A stretch of DNA of 64,000 bases from Candidatus Omnitrophota bacterium (lineage in GTDB: Bacteria; Omnitrophota; Omnitrophia; Omnitrophales; Aquincolibacteriaceae), in NCBI GenBank assembly GCA_022709525.1, contig JAKLIQ010000002.1, forward strand, positions 984 to 64,983, given 5' to 3'. This document shows positions 25,361 to 34,400 of the stretch, piece after piece. The notes below the pieces were generated by a model, which saw only the letters and a list, made by a program, of their open reading frames with translations, was not told the DNA's origin and did no database searches. The translations under genes and the position numbers were made by a program. Numbering within the stretch: position 1 is the first letter of the stretch; each line of letters opens with the position of its first letter.

Positions 25361-26377
25361 TCAGAGTCCATTTTTTATCATTCTCAGCGCAAAATCTCGC
25401 ACCAGTTTGATCGAAACGGCTTCGGGCCACCAGATCCAGCGGATACCGCGTTCGCGTTTAAACCACGTCCATTGCCTTTTGGCGAAATGGCGCGTCGCCT
25501 GTTTGATGCGGTCTTTCACTGTCCCCAGCGGCGTCTTCTTCAACCCTGTACACACCGGGTGTGTACAGGGTGCCACACCGGGTGTGTACAGGGTGCCAGG
25601 CGTAAGCCAGTCCAGGACTTCTTTATAGCCAACCCCTTGTAACGCGGTTTGGGAAAGTTTCTTTTTCGCCAGGCGCTTTACTTCGCGCGCAAGGCCTTGA
25701 CGGAACATCCGGTCCACGCGGTCGTTGATCTTCCGGTAAAGCGCGGCCCTGTCCCGGTGGAGGCCGATCACGACCGGCTGGTAGCCAAGTTCTTTAAGTC
25801 CGGGTTTTTTAAGGATTGTTTTGGAAGGCTTCTTCCCCGAAACCTCGTAGATCTCCAAAGCGCGGAGGATCCGCCTCTGGTTATGGGGGCCGATGGCCCT
25901 GGCCCGCTTAGGGTCCAGCTTGAGAAGCTGCTTGTAGAGGGCCGGTAAGCCCTTTTTTAGGGCTTCCCGCTCAAGTTTCCGGCGTATTGGAAGATTGCCC
26001 CCCGGCTGAGGCGAAATCCCCTCTAAAAGCCCCCTAATGTAAAAACCCGTTCCTCCCGCCACAATAGGGGTTTTCCCCCGCTTCACGATGTCCTTGATAG
26101 CCTTGAGGGCAAATTGGCGGTAAGCAAAAACAGAGAAATGCTTTGTCGGCGGGATAAGGTCGATCCCGTGATGCGGGATACCGCCGCGTTCTTTTTTTGT
26201 GGGTTTCGCGGTCCCGACATCCATGTCTTTATAGACCAGCATGGAATCCGCGGAAATAACTTCACCGTTGAGTTTTTTTGCGAGCGCGACGGCCAGCGCT
26301 GATTTTCCGGATGCCGTGGGGCCAACGATGAAAAGAACCAAAGACGGTGTCAAAGTATCAAAGTGTCTGTGTGTCAA
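25361..26377 (-). CDS. miaA: tRNA dimethylallyltransferase MiaA, carrying an in-frame palindromic-repeat insertion
   Basis: P-loop IVGPTASGKSALAVALA plus a C-terminal RHFAKRQWTWFKRE. The extra segment PGTLYTPGVAPCTHPVCTG is encoded by the family-2 repeat at 25544-25596. Confidence 0.88.
   Translation of the reverse strand: MTHRHFDTLTPSLVLFIVGPTASGKSALAVALAKKLNGEVISADSMLVYKDMDVGTAKPTKKERGGIPHHGIDLIPPTKHFSVFAYRQFALKAIKDIVKRGKTPIVAGGTGFYIRGLLEGISPQPGGNLPIRRKLEREALKKGLPALYKQLLKLDPKRARAIGPHNQRRILRALEIYEVSGKKPSKTILKKPGLKELGYQPVVIGLHRDRAALYRKINDRVDRMFRQGLAREVKRLAKKKLSQTALQGVGYKEVLDWLTPGTLYTPGVAPCTHPVCTGLKKTPLGTVKDRIKQATRHFAKRQWTWFKRERGIRWIWWPEAVSIKLVRDFALRMIKNGL
25544..25596. repeat. Small palindromic element family 2 (ccctgtacacaccgggtgtgtacaggg, tandem copy and a half), inserted in-frame in miaA
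   Basis: Near-identical copy at 30463-30516, inside nadE. Confidence 0.65.
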
Positions 26378-26380
26378 AAT

Positions 26381-26788
26381 CTACCTCCTCTCCCTTGAGG
26401 GAGAGGACTGAGGTGAGGGGGATTTTAGCGCCCGGACGATTAACGCAAGCACACTTTCCATATTCTGAAGAATCTCATGATTCCAAAACCGAACGATTTG
26501 ATAACCTTTCTTGGTGAGGTAATCCGCACGCAGGAAATCATTTACAGAATCTCCCGAATGCTGTCCGCCATCCACTTCGATGATCAATCTTCGTTCAAAG
26601 CAACAAAAATCGGCAATATATTTTCCTATGGGGTGCTGTCTGCGAAATTTAAAACCGGAAAGTTGTCTGTTTCGAAGATGTAGCCAAAGTTTCTTTTCCG
26701 TATCAGTTTGGTTACGCCGCAACTTGCGGGCTAACAAACCCTCACCCTTCCCTCTCCCTGAAGGGAGAGGGGTGCGTTTTACCGTCAC
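26381..26788 (-). CDS. DUF559 (Vsr-like) endonuclease-domain protein
   Basis: ARKLRRNQTDTEKKLW...IADFCCFERRLIIEVDGGQHS...QIVRFWNHEI matches the DUF559 consensus. It lies between miaA and argS, with its ATG overlapping the argS stop. GGGAGAGG-type palindromes occur at both ends (26385-26406, 26741-26775). Confidence 0.75.
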   Translation of the reverse strand: MTVKRTPLPSGRGKGEGLLARKLRRNQTDTEKKLWLHLRNRQLSGFKFRRQHPIGKYIADFCCFERRLIIEVDGGQHSGDSVNDFLRADYLTKKGYQIVRFWNHEILQNMESVLALIVRALKSPSPQSSPSRERR

Positions 26789-28482
26789 ATGCTCTCCGGC
26801 TGCGAGATCCCGAGGAGTTCGAGGCCGTTCCGGAGCACGATGCGGGTGGCATCGGAAAGAAGAAGCCGAGCCTTCGTAAGCTCCTGATCTTCCGTCACGA
26901 TACGGTGATGGCTGTAGAATTTATGGAATGACGCGGCGACCTGGCGCAGATAATCCGCCAAACGGTAAGGCTCCATCGACCGGCTGGCCTGGATAAGAAA
27001 ATCCCCGAATTGGGAAAGACAGCCGATCAATTCCGCTTCTTCGGGCGTGTTCAGCAGTTTGAAATCAACTTTTCCCGCCTTCGGACGGGACCCCGCCACA
27101 GGCGGTGGCGTGGTAACGCCCTTTTCCGCGAATTCCAAGAGGCTCGCGATCCGGGCGTGCGCGTATTGAAGATAAAAAACGGGATTTTCCTGCGACTGTT
27201 CCTTTGCGAGATCGAGATCAAAATCCAGATGGCTTTCCTGCCGGCGCATCACAAAGAAAAACCGCGTCGCGTCCACGCCGACTTCCTCGTAAAGCTCCCG
27301 GAGCGACACGAATTCCCCGGCGCGGGTCGACATGCGGACCGGCTGGCCTTTCCTGAAAAGCGTCGTCAGCTGCACGATCCCGATATGGATGGCCTCCGGC
27401 GGATAACCGAGCGCCTGACACGCCGCCTTCAAGCGCGGGATGTAGCCGTGATGATCGGGACCCCAGAAATTCACAAGAACATTGTAGCCGCGCTCATATT
27501 TGGAAAGATGATAAGCGATGTCCGGCGCAAGGTAGGTGTATTCGCCGGTCGATTTTTTGACCACGCGGTCCTTGTCGTCCCCGAAATCGGTCGAACGGAA
27601 CCAAAGCGCGCCTTCGCTCTCGAAAAGATATCCTTTTTTCTTAAGGACCTCGAGCGCGTGCTCGACGGATTTTTTGGCGTAAAGCGTTTTTTCGCTGAAA
27701 TAGTGATCAAAATGAACCTGCATCTTGGCAAGGTCGGCTTCGATGGAATGCATGAGGTATTTCACGGCATAGAGGCCGCAATATTCGACGGCCTTTTCTT
27801 CCGGTTCTTTGAGAAGCGAATCTTTCTTCTCTTTTTCGATGATGTCCCGGGCGATGTCGCGGATATATTCCCCTTGATAACCGTCTTCCGGAAAAGACAT
27901 CTCCATTCCAAGAAGTTCGTTGTAGCGCACCCAGACGCTCCGGCTTAGCATTGTCATCTGCCGGCCGGCGTCGTTCAGATAATATTCCGAATGCACGCCG
28001 TGGCCCGTGAACTTGAGGATGCGGGCAAGGCAGTCTCCGACGGCGGCTTGACGGCCGTGCGCGATCGTAAGAGGCCCTGTGGGGTTCGCGCTGACGAATT
28101 CCAGAATGACTTTTTTGCCGCGCCCGAAATCAGAAGCGCCGTAGCGCGCGCCCTGCTCATGGATCTGGATAAGGATGGAACCCAGGTCTTCTTTCCGGAG
28201 ATAAAGATTGATGAAACCGCCTCCGGCAATTTCGATCTTCTCGACCGGTGAATCTTTGGCTGATTTTTTTTCGAAAAGAGCGGCCAGTTTCGCCGCGATC
28301 TCGGCGGGTTTCTCGCATGTCACCTTGGCGAGCTTGAAAGCGACATTGCACGCCAGATCCCCGTGCTGGGTATCCTTCGGAGGATGAAGATCGTAGGCGA
28401 AATTGTCGGGTCTTACGGCCTTTTTCTGCCCGCAATATTCTTCGACAACGGAATTGATGAGATTTTCGAGTTTAGATTTCAT
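26785..28482 (-). CDS. argS: Arginine--tRNA ligase
   Basis: 565 aa. Class-I motif SANPTGPLTIAHGR, the ArgRS N-terminal domain, and the DALR anticodon-binding C-terminus. Confidence 0.9.
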   Translation of the reverse strand: MKSKLENLINSVVEEYCGQKKAVRPDNFAYDLHPPKDTQHGDLACNVAFKLAKVTCEKPAEIAAKLAALFEKKSAKDSPVEKIEIAGGGFINLYLRKEDLGSILIQIHEQGARYGASDFGRGKKVILEFVSANPTGPLTIAHGRQAAVGDCLARILKFTGHGVHSEYYLNDAGRQMTMLSRSVWVRYNELLGMEMSFPEDGYQGEYIRDIARDIIEKEKKDSLLKEPEEKAVEYCGLYAVKYLMHSIEADLAKMQVHFDHYFSEKTLYAKKSVEHALEVLKKKGYLFESEGALWFRSTDFGDDKDRVVKKSTGEYTYLAPDIAYHLSKYERGYNVLVNFWGPDHHGYIPRLKAACQALGYPPEAIHIGIVQLTTLFRKGQPVRMSTRAGEFVSLRELYEEVGVDATRFFFVMRRQESHLDFDLDLAKEQSQENPVFYLQYAHARIASLLEFAEKGVTTPPPVAGSRPKAGKVDFKLLNTPEEAELIGCLSQFGDFLIQASRSMEPYRLADYLRQVAASFHKFYSHHRIVTEDQELTKARLLLSDATRIVLRNGLELLGISQPESM

Positions 28483-28489
28483 ATTTTTA

Positions 28490-28552
28490 CGAGGGACTCG
28501 GGACTCGCACCTCGGGACTCGTTCTTTTATTTTACGAGTCCCTAGTCCCGAG
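28490..28552. repeat. Small palindromic element family 1, copy B (intergenic, argS-rsfS)
   Basis: gggactcgggactcgcacctcgggactcg ... cgagtccctagtcccgag. Confidence 0.6.
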
Positions 28553-28568
28553 CGACAAGCCCCTTTTT

Positions 28569-28901
28569 TTAGATCTTTTTCGCTTCTCCCCAGAGACGCT
28601 CAAGACCGTAAAATTCTCGGGTTTCGTGGTAAAAGACATGAACGATGACGGGCCCGAAATCAAGAAGCACCCACTTGCCTTCGGTCAGGCCTTCCACATG
28701 CCAGGCCGGCATCTTGCGCTTTTTCATCTCATCTACAAGATGCGCCGCGATGGATTTGACGTGGCGGTCGCTATTCCCGTGGGCGATCAGGAAATAATGG
28801 GCTAAGCTTGATATCTTGGAAATGTCCAGAAGGACGGGATCTTCCGCCTTTTTATCTTCCGCAAGCGTTCGCAATAATTCAGCGATCTTTTTGGGCTGCA
28901 A
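28569..28901 (-). CDS. rsfS: Ribosomal silencing factor RsfS (Iojap)
   Basis: 110 aa with YFLIAHGNSDRHVKSIAAHL ... VIVHVFYHETREFYGLERLW. Confidence 0.85.
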   Translation of the reverse strand: MQPKKIAELLRTLAEDKKAEDPVLLDISKISSLAHYFLIAHGNSDRHVKSIAAHLVDEMKKRKMPAWHVEGLTEGKWVLLDFGPVIVHVFYHETREFYGLERLWGEAKKI

Positions 28902-29005
28902 GCAAACTCCTCTTTTTGAAATTTTGCGAATTATAACACAACTCAGACCGAAGACTGAAGACCAAAGACTATCGCCTCCGAACTCGTTTTAGTTCCTCGT
29001 TTTTT

Positions 29006-29034
29006 CGAGTCCCTAGTCCCGGAGAACGAGTCCC
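29006..29034. repeat. Small palindromic element family 1, copy C, overlapping the 3' end of ogt
   Basis: cgagtccctagtcccggagaacgagtccc. Its reverse complement encodes the last six residues (GLVLRD) and the TAG stop of ogt. Confidence 0.6.
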
Positions 29035-29507
29035 TTTTTTTCGTATTCCAACAACCGGCGCTTCCACTGCTTCCCCGCCGAATACTTACCGATCCCGCCG
29101 GTTGCGGGAATGACGCGGTGACACGGGATCACGATCGGTAACCGGTTTTTCCGCATGGCGCTCCCCACCGCGCGCGCGGCGCCGGGATATCCCGTCCGCC
29201 TGGCAAGCTCGCCGTAGCTGATTACTTGTCCGGCCGGCACTTTTTGAAGTGCGCGATAGATCTTTTTCTCAAAAATTGTGCGGCCCGAAAGATCTAATTT
29301 AAAATTTATTTTTCTAGCCGGATCATTGAAATATTGATTCACGGCTTGGGTTGCCTTTATAGAGAACCGGTCTCTTTTTGTAGAGACCGGGTCTCTGCGG
29401 GGTAAGAATGATCCTGGGAACTTTACGGCATAAAGCCCTTTGGGACTTATTTCAAGCTTAAACGTCCCCCACTTTGTTTTTACAGGTATTGGGTAAAGGC
29501 TCTGCAT
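29013..29507 (-). CDS. ogt: Methylated-DNA--protein-cysteine methyltransferase
   Basis: Active-site PCHRVI. The helix-turn-helix segment YGELARRTGYPGAARAVGSAMRKN. 164 aa. Confidence 0.8.
   Translation of the reverse strand: MQSLYPIPVKTKWGTFKLEISPKGLYAVKFPGSFLPRRDPVSTKRDRFSIKATQAVNQYFNDPARKINFKLDLSGRTIFEKKIYRALQKVPAGQVISYGELARRTGYPGAARAVGSAMRKNRLPIVIPCHRVIPATGGIGKYSAGKQWKRRLLEYEKKGLVLRD
29361..29396. repeat. Tandem palindromes agagaaccggtctct / agagaccgggtctct inside the ogt N-terminal domain
   Basis: Read directly. Encodes RRDPVSTKRDRFSI in-frame. Palindromic element family 3. Confidence 0.45.
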
Positions 29508-29556
29508 TGGTTTCTGGCTATAGTCTGTGGTCTATGGTCTGCGGTCTCCGATTTGC

Positions 29557-31281
29557 CTACCCGGCAAATCGGTTCGTGATCGGCATGCGGCGGCCAAACC
29601 ACGCCTTCGGGGTCACGCGCAGAATGGGCGGCGTCTGGCGGCGTTTATACTCGTTATGGTCGACCTTACGGATGGTGTCGGCCACGATCCCGGAAGAAAC
29701 TTTTTTCCTAAGCTTGCGAATGATCTCATCACAGCTCATATTTTTCTCGATATAAAGCGAGAGCACTTCATCCAGGATCTCGTAAGGCGGGAGCGAATCC
29801 TGGTCTTTCTGATTGGGCCGAAGCTCGGCCGAGGGGGCTTTGGTCAAAATAGGTTCCGGGATCACTTTTTTTATGGTGTTGCGATAGCGAGCTAAGCGGT
29901 AAACATCTGTCTTATAAAGATCGCCGATCACCGCAAGACCCCCCGCCATGTCCCCGTAAAGCGTGCAATAACCCATTGCCAGCTCCGATTTATTGCCGGT
30001 CGTCAGGACCAGCCGGCCTTCGTGGTTGGAAAGGAACATAAGCTCCATGCCGCGGAGGCGCGCCTGAAGATTTTCCATCGCTAAACTCGGGACTTGTTCC
30101 TCGGGACTTGTTCCTCGATTGGGTTCCTCGTTTTTGCGAGTCCCTAGTCCCGAGCCCCGAGTCCCGGCTTGGTTTTGGAGAAATGTTTCATACATTTTTT
30201 TAATCGGACGGGTTTCAAACTGAATACCGAGACGCCGCGCTAATTCCTGTGAATCCTTCCAGCTCCCTTCCGAAGAAAAAGGGCCGGGCATCGTGACGCC
30301 TTTGACCGCGTCTTTACCCAAAGCGTCCGCCGCGATCGCCGCGACAAGCGCGGAATCGATCCCGCCGCTTAAGCCGATCACGGCTTTTTTAAATCCGTTC
30401 TTCCTGAAGTAGTCGCGAACGCCAAGAACCAGCGCGTCATAAATTTCTTTCGCCTCTTCGAACCCTGTACACACCGGGTGTGGCACCTCGGTACACACCC
30501 GGTGTGTACAGGGTGGAGCATCGAAAAAGAAAAGATCCTCCTTAAAGGCAGGCGCGCAGAACTGAACCCGTCCTTTTCCGTCGACAAAGAAACTTCGGCC
30601 GTCAAAGATCAGGTCGTCCTGGCCTCCGACCTGATTCACATAAAGGACCGGGAAACCGTAGCGCGCGGCGTGGCCTTTGACGAGCTTCTCACGAGCCGCG
30701 GCGACATCCCGGTAATAGGGCGAGGCGGAAATATTGATGACCAGGTCGGCTTTTTTGCGCGCGAGCGCGGCGAGCGGCTTCACCTTGTAACGCTCGTCCC
30801 AGATATCCTCGCAAATGGTCAGGCCGATCTTGCGGCCTTTCCACGGAATGACTTTCGTTTCGAAGCCGGGACGAAAGAAGATCTCCTCAAGGAAAACGTC
30901 ATAGGTCGGAAGAAGCTGTTTGTGATAGATCTCGCGGATCTTTCCCTTCTCGATCCAGGCAAGGGCGTTGTATGAATTGCCCGGGACTTGGGACTTGGGA
31001 CTCGAAATCCGCTCAATAAAACCAAGGACCACGGCGATGCGTTTGCCCCTGGTAGCAACAGCAATACGCTTGAGACGCTTTAGGCCTTCATTTAGGAATT
31101 GCTTTTTATTGGCAAGGTCCCAGACCGGATAGCCGCAAAGAGCGCATTCGGGGAAAACGACAAGATCCGCGCCCTGGCGTTCCGCCAGATCGATCCAGCG
31201 CAGGATCCTTGCCGTATTGGACTCGTAGTCCCCCACCGTCGGATCCATCTGCGCAATGGCGAATTTTATAGGGGTTTTCAT
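29557..31281 (-). CDS. nadE: Glutamine-dependent NAD+ synthetase (N-terminal C-N hydrolase domain plus NAD synthase domain), with three in-frame repeat insertions
   Basis: N-terminal nitrilase-like domain (FAIAQMDPTVGDY...VVFPECALCGYP). PP-loop AVIGLSGGIDSALVAAIA. 574 aa. Segments GTRGSGLGTRKNEEPNRGTSPEEQVPS, PCTHRVCTEVPHPVCTG and SSPKSQVPGNSY are encoded by the repeat families. Confidence 0.88.
   Translation of the reverse strand: MKTPIKFAIAQMDPTVGDYESNTARILRWIDLAERQGADLVVFPECALCGYPVWDLANKKQFLNEGLKRLKRIAVATRGKRIAVVLGFIERISSPKSQVPGNSYNALAWIEKGKIREIYHKQLLPTYDVFLEEIFFRPGFETKVIPWKGRKIGLTICEDIWDERYKVKPLAALARKKADLVINISASPYYRDVAAAREKLVKGHAARYGFPVLYVNQVGGQDDLIFDGRSFFVDGKGRVQFCAPAFKEDLFFFDAPPCTHRVCTEVPHPVCTGFEEAKEIYDALVLGVRDYFRKNGFKKAVIGLSGGIDSALVAAIAADALGKDAVKGVTMPGPFSSEGSWKDSQELARRLGIQFETRPIKKMYETFLQNQAGTRGSGLGTRKNEEPNRGTSPEEQVPSLAMENLQARLRGMELMFLSNHEGRLVLTTGNKSELAMGYCTLYGDMAGGLAVIGDLYKTDVYRLARYRNTIKKVIPEPILTKAPSAELRPNQKDQDSLPPYEILDEVLSLYIEKNMSCDEIIRKLRKKVSSGIVADTIRKVDHNEYKRRQTPPILRVTPKAWFGRRMPITNRFAG
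30086..30178. repeat. Small palindromic element family 1, copy D, 93 bp, in-frame inside nadE
   Basis: ctcgggacttgttcctcgggacttgttcc ... gcgagtccctagtcccgagccccgagtcccggc. The length is a multiple of 3. Confidence 0.65.
30463..30516. repeat. Small palindromic element family 2 copy, 54 bp, in-frame inside nadE
   Basis: ccctgtacacaccgggtgtggcacctcggtacacacccggtgtgtacagggtgg. Confidence 0.65.
30980..31004. repeat. Family 1 partial copy (cccgggacttgggacttgggactcg) inside nadE
   Basis: Read directly. Confidence 0.45.
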
Positions 31282-31420
31282 AGGCGAGGATTATATCACA
31301 CGCAGACTGGAGACTACAGACTTCAGCGATCAGCTTTCAGTTATCAGTCGTCAGTCACCAGCCAAAAAGATTTTGCTGAAGACCGAGGCTGTGAGCTGAT
31401 ATCTGATAGCTGTCGATGAA

Positions 31421-34400
31421 TTACGCCGACACTGCGAAGGCCTGGGCGGCCTCAAAGGAGGCTTTGAGGATGCTGTCAATGCTCACTCGAGTTGACCACT
31501 TAAGTGCGCGCCGAACTTTAGCGATCACTACAAATCCTTCCAGTAATGCCGCGGCTTCGTTCTCCATGGAGGAAGCGTCAGCATCCAGCTGGATAACACT
31601 GAGTTTGGCATTTTCATCCCGACGAATACCCATTTTGGCCATCTTGGATTCGACAACCGCGTCAAGGGCATCATCGGACGCAACGATCACTTCAATAGCT
31701 GCGCCAAAATCTTGCTTCGCCAGATCGGCATCGGCTTCTGATGCTACGACAACGGCAACCGTAACGCCTGTGGCTTTCTTGTCTAAGATCTTTTGAATCT
31801 CGCTCGAATCATATTTTTCCTGCCGCAATAAATACTCGCCGCGATCCCTAATATCGGCGACCGGCGTCACAATAATACCTTGACTGCGCAAAGCATCCAC
31901 AACACTCATGGTAAATTTCGCTTCCAATCCTTCGGCTTTAACGCTGGCAAGAAGATCGGGCAATGTCTCGTATTGGAACCTGATCGCTTGAGTCGAAGCG
32001 ACTGCCCGTAACGCGGCTTCCATAGCTGCCCGCTGAGCACCCGCAACTGCCGGCACCTTCGAGGCTTCGGTTACCATGTCCGGAATTTCTTTTTTCTGGA
32101 TCTCAGGAACCTCTTCCACCTCGCGAAGCTCAGCTCTCGATACGGATTCAAACTGTACGGATTCAAACCGTTGAATTTCAGCAGCAAGACGAATAGCATC
32201 AAGTTCTTGGTTTAACCGGGCAATGTTCGGTGCAAGTTGAGCGATTTTGTCCTCATCACCTTGAACCATGGCATTATCCATATCAATATTCAGCCGCTGG
32301 ATCTCTGTCTCGAGTTTCGTAATGTTCAGTTCGGATTGCACCCGCGCCAGATCGCGTTGGGCTTGAGCTAATTCCTGCTGGCGTTTCGCGATCTCCTTGC
32401 TTAAGCGGATGGATTCAGCGGTCTGGCTTGAGATCCTGCTTCTGGCACTCGTCATATCTGCGATCAAGGAACTTAGTTCCTCGATAAGATTTTTGTACTC
32501 TTTGACCTCAAAGGTAAGCGTCTCAAGCGAAGTGACCGGCTCGACCCCCGTCCTCGATTCTGAACGCGCAATGCTCTTCAAGATCGCTTCGGCTCGAGGA
32601 AGCGCTTTCAAATAATTGGCAAATTCGGCTTTCGCTTCGTTGACGATCTCTTCGCCATTTTCCGGCACGGTCACCTTGACACTCCCCTGGCCTTTTGCGA
32701 TCACATCCTTTAGCCCCTGGATCTCGTTACCGCCGTTCAATTTGAACTGCCCGGAAAACTCTTCCGGAAGGCCCGCGATATAAACTCCTAAGCTGATTAG
32801 TTCCCGATCGCTAAGATCGCTCACCTTCAGATCGTAAGTTTTGAAAGCCGTGACATCCAACATCACGCCTAAACGCCCTTTTTGATTCCAGATCGCCTGA
32901 GCGTTGGCTTTGGCGCGAAGAAGCAGATACGGAGCGGTTACAAGCGCAACGACCGTGGGAGGCTTGGCAAAATTGGTTTTATCCACCACAAGCTTCTCGG
33001 TATTCTCCATATTTTCGAGCGTGGTTTTTGAAGGAACCGCTTCCCGGCTCATGGCGGATAACGGAACGCCTTCTTGTTGCAAAATATAAGCCATAATATC
33101 CACCTCGGTATTCCAAGATTTGACCGCTTCCTCAATCTTGGCGTCCTTAGTCCGGTAGTAAACGAACGCGGCTTCCTTAAGAGGCTGATACCCTCTCCCT
33201 TCGCGGCCACCCGTCAAAATGATCGGGGCCTTCTTCTCAGATTTCAGCCAATAATCAGCAAAAAGCGCGTAGGCCCTGACATCCGGCGCACCGAGCAAAA
33301 CAAAGACATCGGCCGGCCATTGATCAAAAACATCGCCTTGCGAAAGCATATCGACCAATTCCTGGAGTTTATCCGTAAATTGTTTCCTGATTTCCGCCAA
33401 GGTTTTTGGCTCTGAAACTTTGGCGTTTTTCATGGCTTCGCGGATCATAACTTCAGCGGCATCGATATTCTGCCAAAACACTATTGGCTGTATCTTTTTC
33501 TTAATACGCGATGAGGGTTGAAAAACATAATGACCCTTTTTATCAAGTGCTTGAACAGGAGCCGGAATATTTTCAGGATTCACAACCGCACGGAAATGCG
33601 TCATAAGCGCCATGAGATACTGCAACCGGGCATCATCCGTCGATGCATTACTAATAAAAACAGCGAAGGCCGAAGAGAACGCGCGCGGATTTGGACTCAT
33701 AAGCGCGGCTTCGATGGCCTGATATTCTTCAAGTTGTGCAGCCAATTCCGGATGCTCCTGTTTCACCTTCGCGATCTCCGCGCTCAGGACGGCATAACTA
33801 GAAATGCCGACACTCCGATTCAACCAATCCCCAAGCGTCTTGACCGGCTGGACGGGAGGGGCGACTTTTTCGACTGGTAGAGGCGCCGGTCTTGTAGCCT
33901 CTTCTCTCGCCTTTTGCGTAGCTTCAGCGGCTTTGCGGATTTTTTCTTTTTCAGCGGCAATTCTAGCTTCCGCGATTATGTCCTCAGCAGCTTTTTGAGA
34001 TGTTTTGTTTTGTTCGTTTAAAGCGGCGATTTTGGCGTCAAGTTGTTCATTCTTCGGGATATTCCCGAGAGTTTCATTAAGCTTTCGGATAACCGAACTC
34101 ATCTCCGCATTCACCTTCGCCAATTCAGACTGCAGGGCTTCCAATGACATCCCGGCCATATCTTTCGCACCTCGCACTTCCGACCTGCCTTCCCGGATCC
34201 TCTTAGCGATTTCTTCAGCTAACAACTTTTGGCGCTCGGCTAAAGCGTCGAGTTTCTTCCCAACTTGCTCGACCGCTTGCATAAGTTTGGCTTGAGCCTC
34301 TTTTTCAACTTCTGGTATTTGAACTAGCTGTTCTTGAACAACAGTTTCGACCACAGGCGCTAGCGGCGGCTCTGGGCCTCGCTCAATTTCTCGAGGATTT

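Noticed and set aside
27010-27948. 312-aa plus-strand ORF
   Set aside because: Antisense to argS.
31282-31420. Low-complexity cag/tcag-rich intergenic stretch between nadE and the giant gene's 3' end (similar to agac-gaag runs at 28925-28965)
   Set aside because: Only loose short-motif reiteration with no clear unit or symmetry. Most likely spacer or terminator-region low complexity.
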